DNA of 64,000 nt from an uncultured Acidobacteriota bacterium (GCA_963804995.1 CAWDSK010000002.1:608001-672000), one strand, 5' to 3'. Numbered from the stretch's first letter, positions 49,358-60,932 are shown. Translations and numbers: made by a program. Notes: generated from the letters alone by a model not told the origin.

Positions 49358-49810
49358 ATGGCGATTGTTCGATGGGAACCTTTACGAGACCTGATGGCTA
49401 CTCAGCGTGACTTTGACCGCTTGTTCCGCGAAGCCTTCTCTCCCGTATTGGGTGAGGGCGAGGTTTCGACCCGGACTTGGGCGCCGCCCGTGGACATCTA
49501 CGAGAATGGCGACAACCTGGTGCTGAAGGCAGAGCTGCCCGGCGTGAATCCTGATGATGTGGAGATTCGCGTTGAGGACAACACCTTGTACCTGAAGGGT
49601 GAGCGCAAGTTCGAAAAGGAAGTGAAGGAGCAGAACTACCATCGCGTCGAGCGTTCTTACGGAACCTTCACGCGCACCTTCTCACTCCCCAACAGCATCG
49701 ACGCGGACAAGGTTGCGGCGAATTACCAGGACGGCGTTCTGACGCTGACGATGCCCAAAAAGGAAGAGGCGAAACCGAAGACGATCAAGATCAACGTCAA
49801 CAAGAACTGA
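49358..49810 (+). CDS. Hsp20/alpha-crystallin small heat-shock protein
   Basis: WAPPVDIYE, AELPGV, ERSYGTFTRTFSLP and GVLTLTMPK motifs; GGAGG SD. Confidence 0.96.
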   Translation: MAIVRWEPLRDLMATQRDFDRLFREAFSPVLGEGEVSTRTWAPPVDIYENGDNLVLKAELPGVNPDDVEIRVEDNTLYLKGERKFEKEVKEQNYHRVERSYGTFTRTFSLPNSIDADKVAANYQDGVLTLTMPKKEEAKPKTIKINVNKN

Positions 49811-50274
49811 TATGGCGCCTCCATGCGGGTGGGGCAGAGCGGCTGAGCCTCCGCCCCTCTCGCAGGGTAGGTTTTCTGCCGCGTCGCGAACGCTGGAGAG
49901 CTCGACCACTCCGGTGTTTCCCGACGCGGCTTGTTTTCTGGGGGGATTATGGTGCGCGAGTATTTCGAACCCGCCGCCGCGTCCCTCCATCGGATTAGGT
50001 ACAATTGAAGAGGAGCTGTCGGCTATCAGCGGTCAGCAATCAGCTAAAGACGGCGGTACCGCCCAGGGTGTCACGCAAACTTGATGATTAAGCCTTTGCC
50101 TACGGCTCGCCGTGGTTTAGGGCTGACGTTGAAAGCACACAAGCTAAGCAGGGGAGCGTAGAACAATCAGCCGTCAGCGATCATCCAAGGATAAAGGATA
50201 AGGGATGCGCACGCGGGTTCTTCCGAGGGCGGAATGCTGATAGCCGATAGCTGACAGCTAAGAGGTGTTTCAAC

Positions 50275-52953
<2,679 letters not shown>

Positions 52954-52960
52954 AGGGAGG

Positions 52961-53046
52961 GTAGCGCGGACCCCCGTTTTTGGGGTCCGCGGCTTTTCCT
53001 TGCCCATAAGGGACGAGCCGCGGAATCACAAAACAGTCCGCGCTAC
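52961..53046. repeat. GTAGCGCGG-family REP doublet at the island left edge
   Basis: GTAGCGCGGACCCCCGTTTTTGGGGTCCGCGGC ... GCCGCGGA..TCCGCGCTAC. Confidence 0.85.
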
Positions 53047-53222
53047 AGCTGCTGATGGAGCGCATACATGAAAGGCCGTGTATCCGCCATCCGCGCTTCA
53101 CTGGTAAACATTCTGTCGGATTTGCAGGAGTCTGTGTGTAACACCCGCTATGGAAGCTGGAATCACAGAGCATGAGTGGACGGTTGAAGAAATGCTGAGT
53201 AAATTTGGTCAAGGTATTGTTT

Positions 53223-53885
53223 ATGTCATTAGAAGGCTGGAAAACACTATTTGAGTTAGGCGGAGTGATTCTGCTGTTTCTAACTTTCGTGTTTGGTGCT
53301 GGAGCGCTATTCACTGGGACTAAGATAAACGAACGCCAAGCTGGGGAACTGCGACAATTTGAGGCCAAACTTACTGATGCACAAACAGAAATGGGTAAGC
53401 AGCAAGAACGTGCTGCCAACGCAGAGGCGAGGTTGTCTGAACTCCAAAGGCAGCGTTTACCCAGAATGCTGCAGCTAACGAAGTTCATTGAGGCCCTGAA
53501 GCCTAAGCCTCATGCGACTGCAGAGATCATGTACAAAAAAGACGACGGGGAAGCGTTTTCTCTGGCCTGGCAGATAAATGGCGGATTGTCCGCTGCTGAA
53601 TGGGAAGTATCCCGACCTGTGCCGATTCCAGAAGGTTTAACGTCTGGAGTAATGTCCACGGTGGACCCAGACCTTCTGCACGGTTTCCCGCTGAGCGTGC
53701 GGATTGGAGCACAGCCAATGGGGGTCACTATCATAGCGAGAACGCTGCCAGCCAATCCGGCAATGGATGTTCCGTTTAACGCCCTAACACACGCACTTAG
53801 CGAATCTCTTGGCCAAGTCTATGGTGGTTTCGATCCGGTTCTCCCAGAAGATTCCATCCGAATCATAGTTTTACAAAAACCCTAG
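53223..53885 (+). CDS. Hypothetical membrane-anchored coiled-coil protein, visibly lower GC
   Basis: One N-terminal TM segment, then a heptad-like stretch (QQERAANAEARLSELQ); AT-richer codons. Confidence 0.7.
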   Translation: MSLEGWKTLFELGGVILLFLTFVFGAGALFTGTKINERQAGELRQFEAKLTDAQTEMGKQQERAANAEARLSELQRQRLPRMLQLTKFIEALKPKPHATAEIMYKKDDGEAFSLAWQINGGLSAAEWEVSRPVPIPEGLTSGVMSTVDPDLLHGFPLSVRIGAQPMGVTIIARTLPANPAMDVPFNALTHALSESLGQVYGGFDPVLPEDSIRIIVLQKP

Positions 53886-53909
53886 ACTGTGAAATTAGGA
53901 CACAGCGAG

Positions 53910-54083
53910 GTAGCGCAGACGTAGGCGTCTTTTGCCTTCGTCTGCGGCTTTTCGCCATTTGACACTAACGGCCATGTGGATGGACCCCAGACTACGAGCC
54001 GCAGCGGTGGCTGGCGTAGATCGAGCCCAGATCTGCGATTCACCTTGACGTGTGGGACTTGCACGAAATCGCACGGCTGCGCT
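53910..54083. repeat. GTAGCGC-family REP array
   Basis: GTAGCGCAGACG..CGTCTGCGGCTTTTC ... GAGCCGCAG ... CTGCGCT. Confidence 0.65.
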
Positions 54084-54106
54084 CGCCGTGCGCCAGCCTG
54101 CGGTCT

Positions 54107-54595
54107 CTATGGTTTTCGGCGATGGGAATGCTTCTTGGTTTTTTTATCCTTCAGGGCAAAGGTTGGCTCATAAAGTGGGATGAGTGTCTCGATGAAGTGC
54201 TTCGCGTCTCTGGTAGTGGCGCTGGCCTCGTCATCCTCTGAAAAGTAACCCTGATGGACAATTGCATTTCGCTTTTTGTTAATTCGTTCTGCGGTCGCCT
54301 TTAATGTTGCGATGGTTTTGTGATTGGGGCTGCCTTTGGTGAGAGGGAGCAAGAGGCGATCAATCTTTCCGGCAAGGCCATTAGCCCAAAGTAGAAGGCT
54401 GTCGACAAATTCGGAGTTAAAGCTGCTGTGTGACTGGAATTCCTTGCGGATAGCGAAGTTGGCGGCTAGTTCGGTAGCGGTTGCTGCCCGGACAATCGCG
54501 GCAGACCACTGTTGCTCATCGTTGAACCTCGGGAGTTTGTTCCATTGAGACTGTATCTTTTCAAGATCGGTTCGGCTCTCGTATGGTTTGCCCAT
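54107..54595 (-). CDS. Hypothetical protein with HEPN-like Rx4H motif
   Basis: Helical, SAAIVRAATATE N-terminal helix and RNAIVH motif; lower GC. Confidence 0.6.
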   Translation of the reverse strand: MGKPYESRTDLEKIQSQWNKLPRFNDEQQWSAAIVRAATATELAANFAIRKEFQSHSSFNSEFVDSLLLWANGLAGKIDRLLLPLTKGSPNHKTIATLKATAERINKKRNAIVHQGYFSEDDEASATTRDAKHFIETLIPLYEPTFALKDKKTKKHSHRRKP

Positions 54596-54658
54596 ATTCA
54601 ACTCCCCCGTTCAAAACGGTCATGCGGACGCGGCGGTTACCCTTTTCGAGACGACTCA

Positions 54659-55198
54659 TCAGGGGTTTTGTTTTTTATTTTCCGGTGCCGTATTGAAACA
54701 ACTGAACATACCAAGAAACCCGCACCTATGTTCACTTCCGGGGATGCGCTCGCCGGGAGCGCGGTTCAACGCTCGGGCACATACTGCCTTTGCATCGTCG
54801 GTGAGTTTAATTCTGTCGTCTTGGCACGAAAGGAAGCGGCCCTTTTCGCTCATGTGCTCCAGCGCATAAGCGTTGGCCATGTGATGTTTTATTGCTTCAC
54901 CACGCGTTCCATCAAAATCGCTTAAAAAGCCATCCCATGCGCCCAGCACAAGAGCAGAATACAGACAAATCGGCACCATAACCCACAGGACAGGTTTCGC
55001 TATTCGTTGGACAAGTGTGAATGTACCGAAACAAATCCCGGCTCCCAGAGTGAAGAAAAGATCGGAAATGACACCCGCGTCCCCTCTCGACGCAATCGCC
55101 TCAGCGCCGCTCCACCCGGCTTGACTTGCTGCCAATGCCCCTATCAGGAGGGCTACGGCAACAACCGGGGTTTTCCAAACGAACGACGGAGTCTTCAT
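54659..55198 (-). CDS. Hypothetical membrane protein with Cys-containing C-terminal domain
   Basis: Three hydrophobic segments; GAGG SD. Confidence 0.6.
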   Translation of the reverse strand: MKTPSFVWKTPVVAVALLIGALAASQAGWSGAEAIASRGDAGVISDLFFTLGAGICFGTFTLVQRIAKPVLWVMVPICLYSALVLGAWDGFLSDFDGTRGEAIKHHMANAYALEHMSEKGRFLSCQDDRIKLTDDAKAVCARALNRAPGERIPGSEHRCGFLGMFSCFNTAPENKKQNP

Positions 55199-55222
55199 TG
55201 CGTTCCTCGGCGTGGGATGCGC

Positions 55223-55504
55223 CTAGGCGGGTTGCAGCTTCTTCAGCTTTATGCGGTCGCGGCGGACTTGCGCAAGGTCGTACTGGACCTGTTGCACAAG
55301 CCAGCCTTCCTCGGTGCCGCCGAAAACCTTAGATAACCGCACGGCCATTTCCGGCGATATGCCGCGCTTCTCGTTTACGAGTTCCGAAAGCGTGTTGCGC
55401 GTCACTCCCAGGGCTTCCGCTGCTTGCGTGATGGTCAAGCCTGTCGGCTCAATGCACTCCTCGAACACGACAACTCCGGGGTGGGGCGGGTTTTTCATGG
55501 TCAT
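55223..55504 (-). CDS. higA: HigA family antitoxin
   Basis: [42 protein letters not shown]. Confidence 0.93.
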   Translation of the reverse strand: MTMKNPPHPGVVVFEECIEPTGLTITQAAEALGVTRNTLSELVNEKRGISPEMAVRLSKVFGGTEEGWLVQQVQYDLAQVRRDRIKLKKLQPA

Positions 55505-55520
55505 GGATCGTTCTCCCTGT

Positions 55521-55796
55521 CTAGTGGTAATCGACATAATCAACGTCCTCCGCGCCGCCGTCGAAGCGGAAGATAACCCGCCAGTTGGCACGAACGGTCA
55601 CGGCCCAAAAATTCTTCATCTGGCCTTTGAGCGGATGCAACCGGAACCCCGGCAGGTCCATGTGGGCAACGGTTGGGGCGGCGTGAAGCGTCGCCAGAAT
55701 ATTTCGCAGTTTGCCGACGTGTTCCGGGTTTACGCCGCTCGGGTCGTCCTGTTCAAAAAGCCGTTTCAGTCCCTTGTGGCGAATTGTCCGTATCAT
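55521..55796 (-). CDS. higB: HigB (RelE/ParE-family) toxin
   Basis: [45 protein letters not shown]; palindrome GCGCCACGTGGCGC upstream. Confidence 0.93.
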   Translation of the reverse strand: MIRTIRHKGLKRLFEQDDPSGVNPEHVGKLRNILATLHAAPTVAHMDLPGFRLHPLKGQMKNFWAVTVRANWRVIFRFDGGAEDVDYVDYH

Positions 55797-55848
55797 CTCC
55801 CGTACCGTAACGCGCCACGTGGCGCATGTCAACAGCAATCTCAGCGGG

Positions 55849-55965
55849 GTAGCAGAGGTATTTGGCTCCGAGCCGAATTCCTCCGCGGCCCTTTCTCATT
55901 GCCCGGCAATGAGCAGGTCGAAATTCCAATCTTACGAGCCGCAGAGGAAAGCAAACTGCGCTTAC
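55849..55965. repeat. ~120-bp REP-like direct repeat, copy A
   Basis: 45 nt identical to copy B (55855-55899 = 56541-56585). Confidence 0.85.
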
Positions 55966-56231
55966 CGCTGATGCGGTACCGGCCTGTGCCCTGCATGTCG
56001 AGGCCCCTGCTGCGGCAAGCGTACCGATTCAGTGATCTTCAGGAGGGCGCGCAGGGCGCCATTGACGGCGGCCTCGGTGGGAAAGGCCTTGGCCAGTTCG
56101 GGATCGAGGAGAATGAGGTTGGTGCCAGCGCGATAGCGCTTCGCGTACTTCCCGCGAACTCCACCCTTCATCGTGGCGAAATCGTACTCCGAGCGCATGT
56201 CGTTTATGGTTTTTCGATTAGCTTTCTTCAT
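55962..56231 (-). CDS. BrnA-like antitoxin
   Basis: DMRSEYDF..GVRGKYA..LDPELAKAFPTEAAVNGALR; downstream of BrnT. Confidence 0.8.
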   Translation of the reverse strand: MKKANRKTINDMRSEYDFATMKGGVRGKYAKRYRAGTNLILLDPELAKAFPTEAAVNGALRALLKITESVRLPQQGPRHAGHRPVPHQR

Positions 56232-56493
56232 AGAATCTTCGTTCGTGGCGCGTAGCGCGCCTGGCAGTGATGATCCGGATCAGCGCGTCTTCCTCAGTGT
56301 GCGCCACCACCAGCAGGCGATTGCGGCTGGACACGCCGATGGTTAGGAACCGCGGTTCAAGGCCGGAATGATCGATGTCCGGGAAAGTGGTTGACAGCGT
56401 GTTGTCCAGCACCGTTACAGCTTCGCGGAAATCGACTCCATGCTTCTTTAAATTGGCGGCGGCTTTTCTCGGATCCCATACAAAAACCGCATT
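56218..56493 (-). CDS. brnT: BrnT family toxin (DUF497); start codon unresolved
   Basis: FVWDPRKAAANLKKHGVDFREA..EPRFLTIG..LLVVAHT..IRIITARRAT; nearest ATG (56493) is out of frame across a T5 run. Confidence 0.85.
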   Translation of the reverse strand, partial: NAVFVWDPRKAAANLKKHGVDFREAVTVLDNTLSTTFPDIDHSGLEPRFLTIGVSSRNRLLVVAHTEEDALIRIITARRATRHERRFYEES

Positions 56494-56532
56494 GCTAGTA
56501 TACGCTTTATCGGGGCAGATGTGCAGAAGCGG

Positions 56533-56651
56533 GTAGCGTGGAGGTATTTGGCTCCGAGCCGAATTCCTCCGCGGCCCTTTCTCATCGCCCGGCGATGAGC
56601 AGGTTGAGATTCCGATTTTTCGTGCCGCAGATGAAAGCAAACCGCGCTTAT
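56533..56651. repeat. ~120-bp REP-like direct repeat, copy B
   Basis: See copy A; compensatory stem change CTCATTGCCCGGCAATGAG vs CTCATCGCCCGGCGATGAG. Confidence 0.85.
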
Positions 56652-56733
56652 CGCTGCGCTGCCGGTTGCCGGCTCGCGAGTATAGAGCCTATCTGGTGGT
56701 ACAATTCTTGACAGAAGGTAAGGAGGAGGCAGC

Positions 56734-56937
56734 TTGAAAATCAAGGTTGTCGTGCACGAAGCGGAGGAAGGCGGCTACTGGGCCGAGGTGCCGGCGATTC
56801 CCGGCTGTGCCACGCAGGGCGAAACCATGGAAGAGTTAATGGCGAACGTCCACGAGGCCATTGAGGCTTGTCTGGACGTTGAAGTCGATCCGCCCGAGCA
56901 TGCCCCCAGCGACAAGATATTGGAAATCGCCCTATGA
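56734..56937 (+). CDS. hicB: HicB family antitoxin (short form)
   Basis: EEGGYWAEVPAIPGCATQGETMEE..NVHEAI; AGGAGG SD, TTG start. Confidence 0.92.
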   Translation: MKIKVVVHEAEEGGYWAEVPAIPGCATQGETMEELMANVHEAIEACLDVEVDPPEHAPSDKILEIAL

Positions 56938-57143
56938 AGGCGCTCTCCGGCAAGGACCTTGCCCGCCTGGTCGAGAGTCACGGCTGGCAACTCCTCCGAA
57001 TTCATGGCAGCCATCACATTTACGGCAAGTCGGGCAGCACCGTGCGGCTTTCCATCCCCATCCACGGAAACACAGCTTTGAAAACCGGACTCCTGAAGCA
57101 CCTCCTCAAAATGGCAGGGCTCGAAGAAGAGGGCATCCGTTAA
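56934..57143 (+). CDS. hicA: HicA family mRNA interferase
   Basis: GWQLLRIHGSHHIY..IPIHGN..LKTGLL; ATGA overlap with hicB. Confidence 0.92.
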   Translation: MKALSGKDLARLVESHGWQLLRIHGSHHIYGKSGSTVRLSIPIHGNTALKTGLLKHLLKMAGLEEEGIR

Positions 57144-57194
57144 GCAGGCGAAATATGCTCCTAGCGTCCGCCTTGTCGATTGAAGGCGCGAGGG

Positions 57195-57704
57195 TCACTG
57201 GCCAGGGCCGTTCGGTTCCGGGGGCTTTGGGGGGCTCTGTGGCGCCTGGCTTTCGGCTGCCTTGAGTATGGCGTCGACGTTGGCAAGATCTTGTGGTCTG
57301 CCGGACGCCAATTTCCCTGCGATCAGGTCCTCGCGGGAAATGAAGCTCGCTTTCAATCCGCTCGCCGGGTCAATGACGTCCTCAACCCGGCGCCCCCATG
57401 CGCCATCAAACTCAACGCCGGGTATGGCTGTGAGAATGTCAATGCAAACCGGCTCACGGCCCATGCGAAGAAACGGCCCTTGCTCCGCGAAGTCAGCGGC
57501 GGTCAAACCTTCAAGCGGCGCTCCGAAATGCGCCAGGGCCGCGAAAATCGCTTGGGCGTTCTCTGCGTCAGCCTTCACCAGAATATCGAGGTCTTTGGTT
57601 GCTCGTGGCTGTGCGTGAATGGAGACCGCGTAAGCTCCCACGATAAGATACTTAACGCGGTGCGCGTTCAAAACGGACAAGAGTTCTTTGAAGTCTGGAT
57701 ACAT
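57195..57704 (-). CDS. Nucleotidyltransferase-fold protein
   Basis: YLIVGAYAVSIH..PRATKDLDILV and KLASGRPQDL motifs. Confidence 0.8.
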   Translation of the reverse strand: MYPDFKELLSVLNAHRVKYLIVGAYAVSIHAQPRATKDLDILVKADAENAQAIFAALAHFGAPLEGLTAADFAEQGPFLRMGREPVCIDILTAIPGVEFDGAWGRRVEDVIDPASGLKASFISREDLIAGKLASGRPQDLANVDAILKAAESQAPQSPPKPPEPNGPGQ

Positions 57705-57852
57705 CCGTAACCGCGCCCCTCATCGCGAAATGCTCCTGGGTGAGTTCGGAAACTGCATTGACACGCTCATGCACGGGCCGACTCTGCCAGTACCGATATT
57801 CGTCAGCCTTCATTTCATCGAGGCTGGTGTACTTCTGGATGGTCTTGTCCAT
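57652..57852 (-). CDS. Small protein overlapping the nucleotidyltransferase start (putative TA partner)
   Basis: DEYRYWQSRPVHERVNAVSEL..RLQR; AAGGA SD. Confidence 0.7.
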   Translation of the reverse strand: MDKTIQKYTSLDEMKADEYRYWQSRPVHERVNAVSELTQEHFAMRGAVTDVSRLQRTLVRFERAPR

Positions 57853-57943
57853 GCGTTCCTTTGTAGCACGTCCGGCGCTTCACTTCAAACCGGAAGGGGG
57901 GCGTAGGTTATGCAGCCTCTTTCCATACACCGCACGGGGTTTG

Positions 57944-58267
57944 CTATCGGCCCGCGAAAGAGCCCTGCCGCGCCTTGTGCCCTGCCTGTCGAGACCCCTG
58001 CTGCGGCAAGCGTACCGATTCAGTCAGTTTCAGGAGGGCGCGGAGGGCGCCATTGACGGCGGCCTCGGTGGGAAAGGCCTTGGCCAGTTCGGGGTCGAGG
58101 AGGATGAGGCTGGCGTCCGCGCGAAATCGCTTCGCGTACTTGCCGCGAACTCCACCCTTCATCGAGGCGAAATCGTACTCCGGGCGTATGTCGTTTACGG
58201 TTTTTCGATTAGCCTTCTTGGCCACTCGGATCCCATACAAAAACCACAATACTAGTATACGCTTCAT
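57944..58267 (-). CDS. Second copy of the BrnA-like antitoxin, cognate toxin deleted
   Basis: Close paralog of 55962-56231; directly preceded by a fragment matching the brnT 5' end; start at 58267 (ATG) or 58225 (GTG). Confidence 0.72.
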   Translation of the reverse strand: MKRILVLWFLYGIRVAKKANRKTVNDIRPEYDFASMKGGVRGKYAKRFRADASLILLDPELAKAFPTEAAVNGALRALLKLTESVRLPQQGSRQAGHKARQGSFAGR

Positions 58268-58388
58268 GGGGGCACCTGCTTCGGACTTTTGAGATGCAAC
58301 AACGACTTGGTTTACGGTAAACTTCCAAAGAAGTGAGACGCATCCCCCGCCTTCCCTGAATCCGCAGTGAGGAGCTGACCGCCAGATT

Positions 58389-59165
58389 ATGAAAATGCCC
58401 GTTCTATTCGTCGGGCACGGATCGCCGATGAATGCCATCGAGCAGAACCGGTTTACGGAGACGCTCGCGGGGCTCTCGAAGCGCCTGCCGCGCCCGAAGG
58501 CGGTGTGCGTGGTCTCAGCGCATTGGGTGACGCGCGGGTCTGAGGTTCTGGCCGTCGCCCAGCCGCGCACCATTCACGACTTCTACGGCTTTCCTGCGCC
58601 GCTCTATGAGGTCGAGTATCCTGCGCCCGGTGCGCCCGCTGAAGCCGAACGAGTGGCGGAGGAACTCAAGATCCAACCGGATGAGACCTGGGGGTTCGAT
58701 CACGGCGCCTGGAGCGTCTTACGGCATCTTTATCCCGAAGCCGACGTGCCGGTGTTTCAGGTGAGTCTCGACGAGCGTCGCGGCCTGGCGCGTCACGTCG
58801 ACCTTGGAAGCGAGCTTGCCGGGCTGCGCGAGCGCGGCGTGCTTATACTGGGCAGCGGCAACATCGTGCACAATCTGCGCCGCATGGAGGGTGAGAAGAA
58901 CGTCCAACCTTTTCCCTGGACCATCGAATTCGACTCGCAGGTGAAAAATGCGATTGAAACTCGCGACCTCGCGTCGCTCGCCGCGCCCGAGCACTGGGGC
59001 AAGCCGCTGGCATCACTCGCGCATCCCACGCTCGAACATTACGTGCCTCTGCTTTACTGCATGGGCAGCACAACTGAAAGCGATGCAGTGAGTTATCCCT
59101 ACGAAGGCTTCGAGTATGGGAGCCTCTCGATGCGCATAGTGTTGTTTGGTGAGGAGTCGAAGTGA
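58389..59165 (+). CDS. ygiD: 4,5-DOPA extradiol dioxygenase (LigB family)
   Basis: MPVLFVGHGSPMNA, SAHW, TIHDFYGFP, DHGAW, GSGNIVHNL and AHPTLEHYVPL motifs. Confidence 0.93.
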   Translation: MKMPVLFVGHGSPMNAIEQNRFTETLAGLSKRLPRPKAVCVVSAHWVTRGSEVLAVAQPRTIHDFYGFPAPLYEVEYPAPGAPAEAERVAEELKIQPDETWGFDHGAWSVLRHLYPEADVPVFQVSLDERRGLARHVDLGSELAGLRERGVLILGSGNIVHNLRRMEGEKNVQPFPWTIEFDSQVKNAIETRDLASLAAPEHWGKPLASLAHPTLEHYVPLLYCMGSTTESDAVSYPYEGFEYGSLSMRIVLFGEESK

Positions 59166-59280
59166 GCCGGTCGTGGATGTGTGAAGGGTCTCTTCGCGGG
59201 TGATGCGAACATGGCCTTGGAGGTACGCGACGCCCACGAATCTGACCGAGCGCTATGGACGCGCACCAACTGAGTTGCAG

Positions 59281-59303
59281 AATGATATCAATATGATATC
59301 ATT
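59281..59303. promoter_or_regulatory. Probable antitoxin operator: two TGATATCA palindromes
   Basis: AATGATATCA-ATA-TGATATCATT about 20 nt upstream of the RHH antitoxin start. Confidence 0.65.
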
Positions 59304-59322
59304 GCAGTTGAGGAGGCCCAAG

Positions 59323-59577
59323 ATGCCTAACCTGACCGTGCGGAAGATCCCTAAGGATATATACAGACGCCTGAAGGCAACTGCGAAGCGTAACCACCGG
59401 AGCCTGAACGCAGAAATCCTGGCAGTCCTGGCAGATGAGGAAGCCTGGGCCATACGCCGATTGCAGATTGCGGCCGTCCTGCCTGATCTTGCCAAAGCAC
59501 GTGAGGAAATAGCTCGGAAATACCCAAACGCTCCTGAGAGCGTGGTGCTCATCCGGGAGGATCGTGACAGCCGATGA
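59323..59577 (+). CDS. Arc/FitA-like ribbon-helix-helix antitoxin
   Basis: MPNLTVRKIP..RLKATAKRNHRSLNAEI..IREDRD; AGGAGG SD. Confidence 0.88.
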   Translation: MPNLTVRKIPKDIYRRLKATAKRNHRSLNAEILAVLADEEAWAIRRLQIAAVLPDLAKAREEIARKYPNAPESVVLIREDRDSR

Positions 59578-60002
59578 ACATCGTCGTGGACGCGAGCGTT
59601 GCCGCGAAATGGCTCTTCTCAGAACGAGACTCCGACCGCGCCGAGGCGCTGTTGCTCGAGGCTGTGGGGGGACGACTGAAATCTCTGGCGCCAGATATTC
59701 TGCCCGCAGAGATCGGGAATGTCCTCGCCATGCGAGTCTCGCGAGGTTTGCTGCAACAGCAGCAGGCTTTAGCCGGATACCAACGGTTTCAACAAAGCTG
59801 CCCGGCATTGATCAGCAACGGAATCCTCGCCGACCGAGCCCTGCGATTGGCGCTCCGGCAGCGGCACCCGATTTATGATTGCCTTTACCTTGCTCTGGCC
59901 TTGGAGGCCGGGTGTGACCTCATTACGGCGGACGAGAAACTGCACCGCGTATTTTCCCCTAACTTCCCGCAAGTTCGCCTCTTGCGCGATTGGCAGCCGT
60001 AA
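59574..60002 (+). CDS. vapC: VapC family PIN-domain toxin
   Basis: IVVDASVAAKW, AEIGN, IYDCLYLALA and LITADEKL motifs. Confidence 0.92.
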   Translation: MNIVVDASVAAKWLFSERDSDRAEALLLEAVGGRLKSLAPDILPAEIGNVLAMRVSRGLLQQQQALAGYQRFQQSCPALISNGILADRALRLALRQRHPIYDCLYLALALEAGCDLITADEKLHRVFSPNFPQVRLLRDWQP

Positions 60003-60071
60003 GCGAGACCTGAAGGGCTGGTTCGGCATCTAATCAAGTGGCTTATTGGAGGATTGAAGGAGTAAGGCACG

Positions 60072-60932
60072 ATGTGGAACAATTTCAAAACAACCATTTT
60101 GCTTGCTGCCATGACCGGCCTGGTGTTGGGCATTGGGGAGCTTTGGGGCGGCCAGAACGGCCTGGTTCTCGCCCTGGTGATCGCCGCGGTCATGAACCTG
60201 GGCACTTATTTCTTCTCCGATAAGATCGCGCTGGCCTCCTCGGGCGCCAAGCCTATTGCGCGCGAAGACAATCCACGCATTTACCAGATTGTCGAACGCC
60301 TGGCCGCCAAGGCCAACATCCCGGTTCCCAAGATCTATTTTATTCCCACCGACTCTCCCAACGCTTTTGCCACGGGCCGCAATCCCAGCCACGCTTCGGT
60401 AGCCGTGACGCGTGGCATTTTGGAAATCTGCGACGACGAGGAAATTGAGGGTGTACTGGCGCACGAACTCGGCCACGTCAAGAATCGCGATATTCTGACC
60501 AGCACCGTGGTGGCCACACTGGCCGGCGCCATCACCCTGATTGGCCGCATGCTCTGGTATGCCGAATTGTTCGGAGGATTTGGTGGCGGCGGTCGCAGCG
60601 ATAACCGTCGTGGCGGCGTTTTGTCCATGCTCGCCATGATGATCCTGGCGCCGCTCGCGGCCACACTCATCCAACTTGCCATTTCGCGTTCGCGCGAATA
60701 TGAAGCTGACGCCACCGGCGCGCGTATCACCGGCAACCCGCAAGGCCTGGCGCGGGCGCTCGACAAGATCGACAAGTGGGCGAAGCGCATCCCTATGCAG
60801 GTCTCGCCTTCGATGGCGCACCTATACATCTATCAGCCTCTCACCTCGGGTGAAATTTTTTCCAGCCTGTTCTCCACTCACCCGCCCATCCGCAAGCGCA
60901 TCGAGCGGCTGATCGGACGCGAGTTTGTTTAA
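60072..60932 (+). CDS. htpX: Zinc metalloprotease
   Basis: PNAFATGRNP, HELGH, AISRSREYEAD and FSTHPP motifs. Confidence 0.96.
   Translation: MWNNFKTTILLAAMTGLVLGIGELWGGQNGLVLALVIAAVMNLGTYFFSDKIALASSGAKPIAREDNPRIYQIVERLAAKANIPVPKIYFIPTDSPNAFATGRNPSHASVAVTRGILEICDDEEIEGVLAHELGHVKNRDILTSTVVATLAGAITLIGRMLWYAELFGGFGGGGRSDNRRGGVLSMLAMMILAPLAATLIQLAISRSREYEADATGARITGNPQGLARALDKIDKWAKRIPMQVSPSMAHLYIYQPLTSGEIFSSLFSTHPPIRKRIERLIGREFV

Noticed and set aside
53886..57950. Integron cassette array (attC sites)
   Set aside because: Genes lie in mixed orientations, no convincing RYYYAAC...GTTRRRY pairs were found and there is no intI; the spacers are GTAG REP-like.
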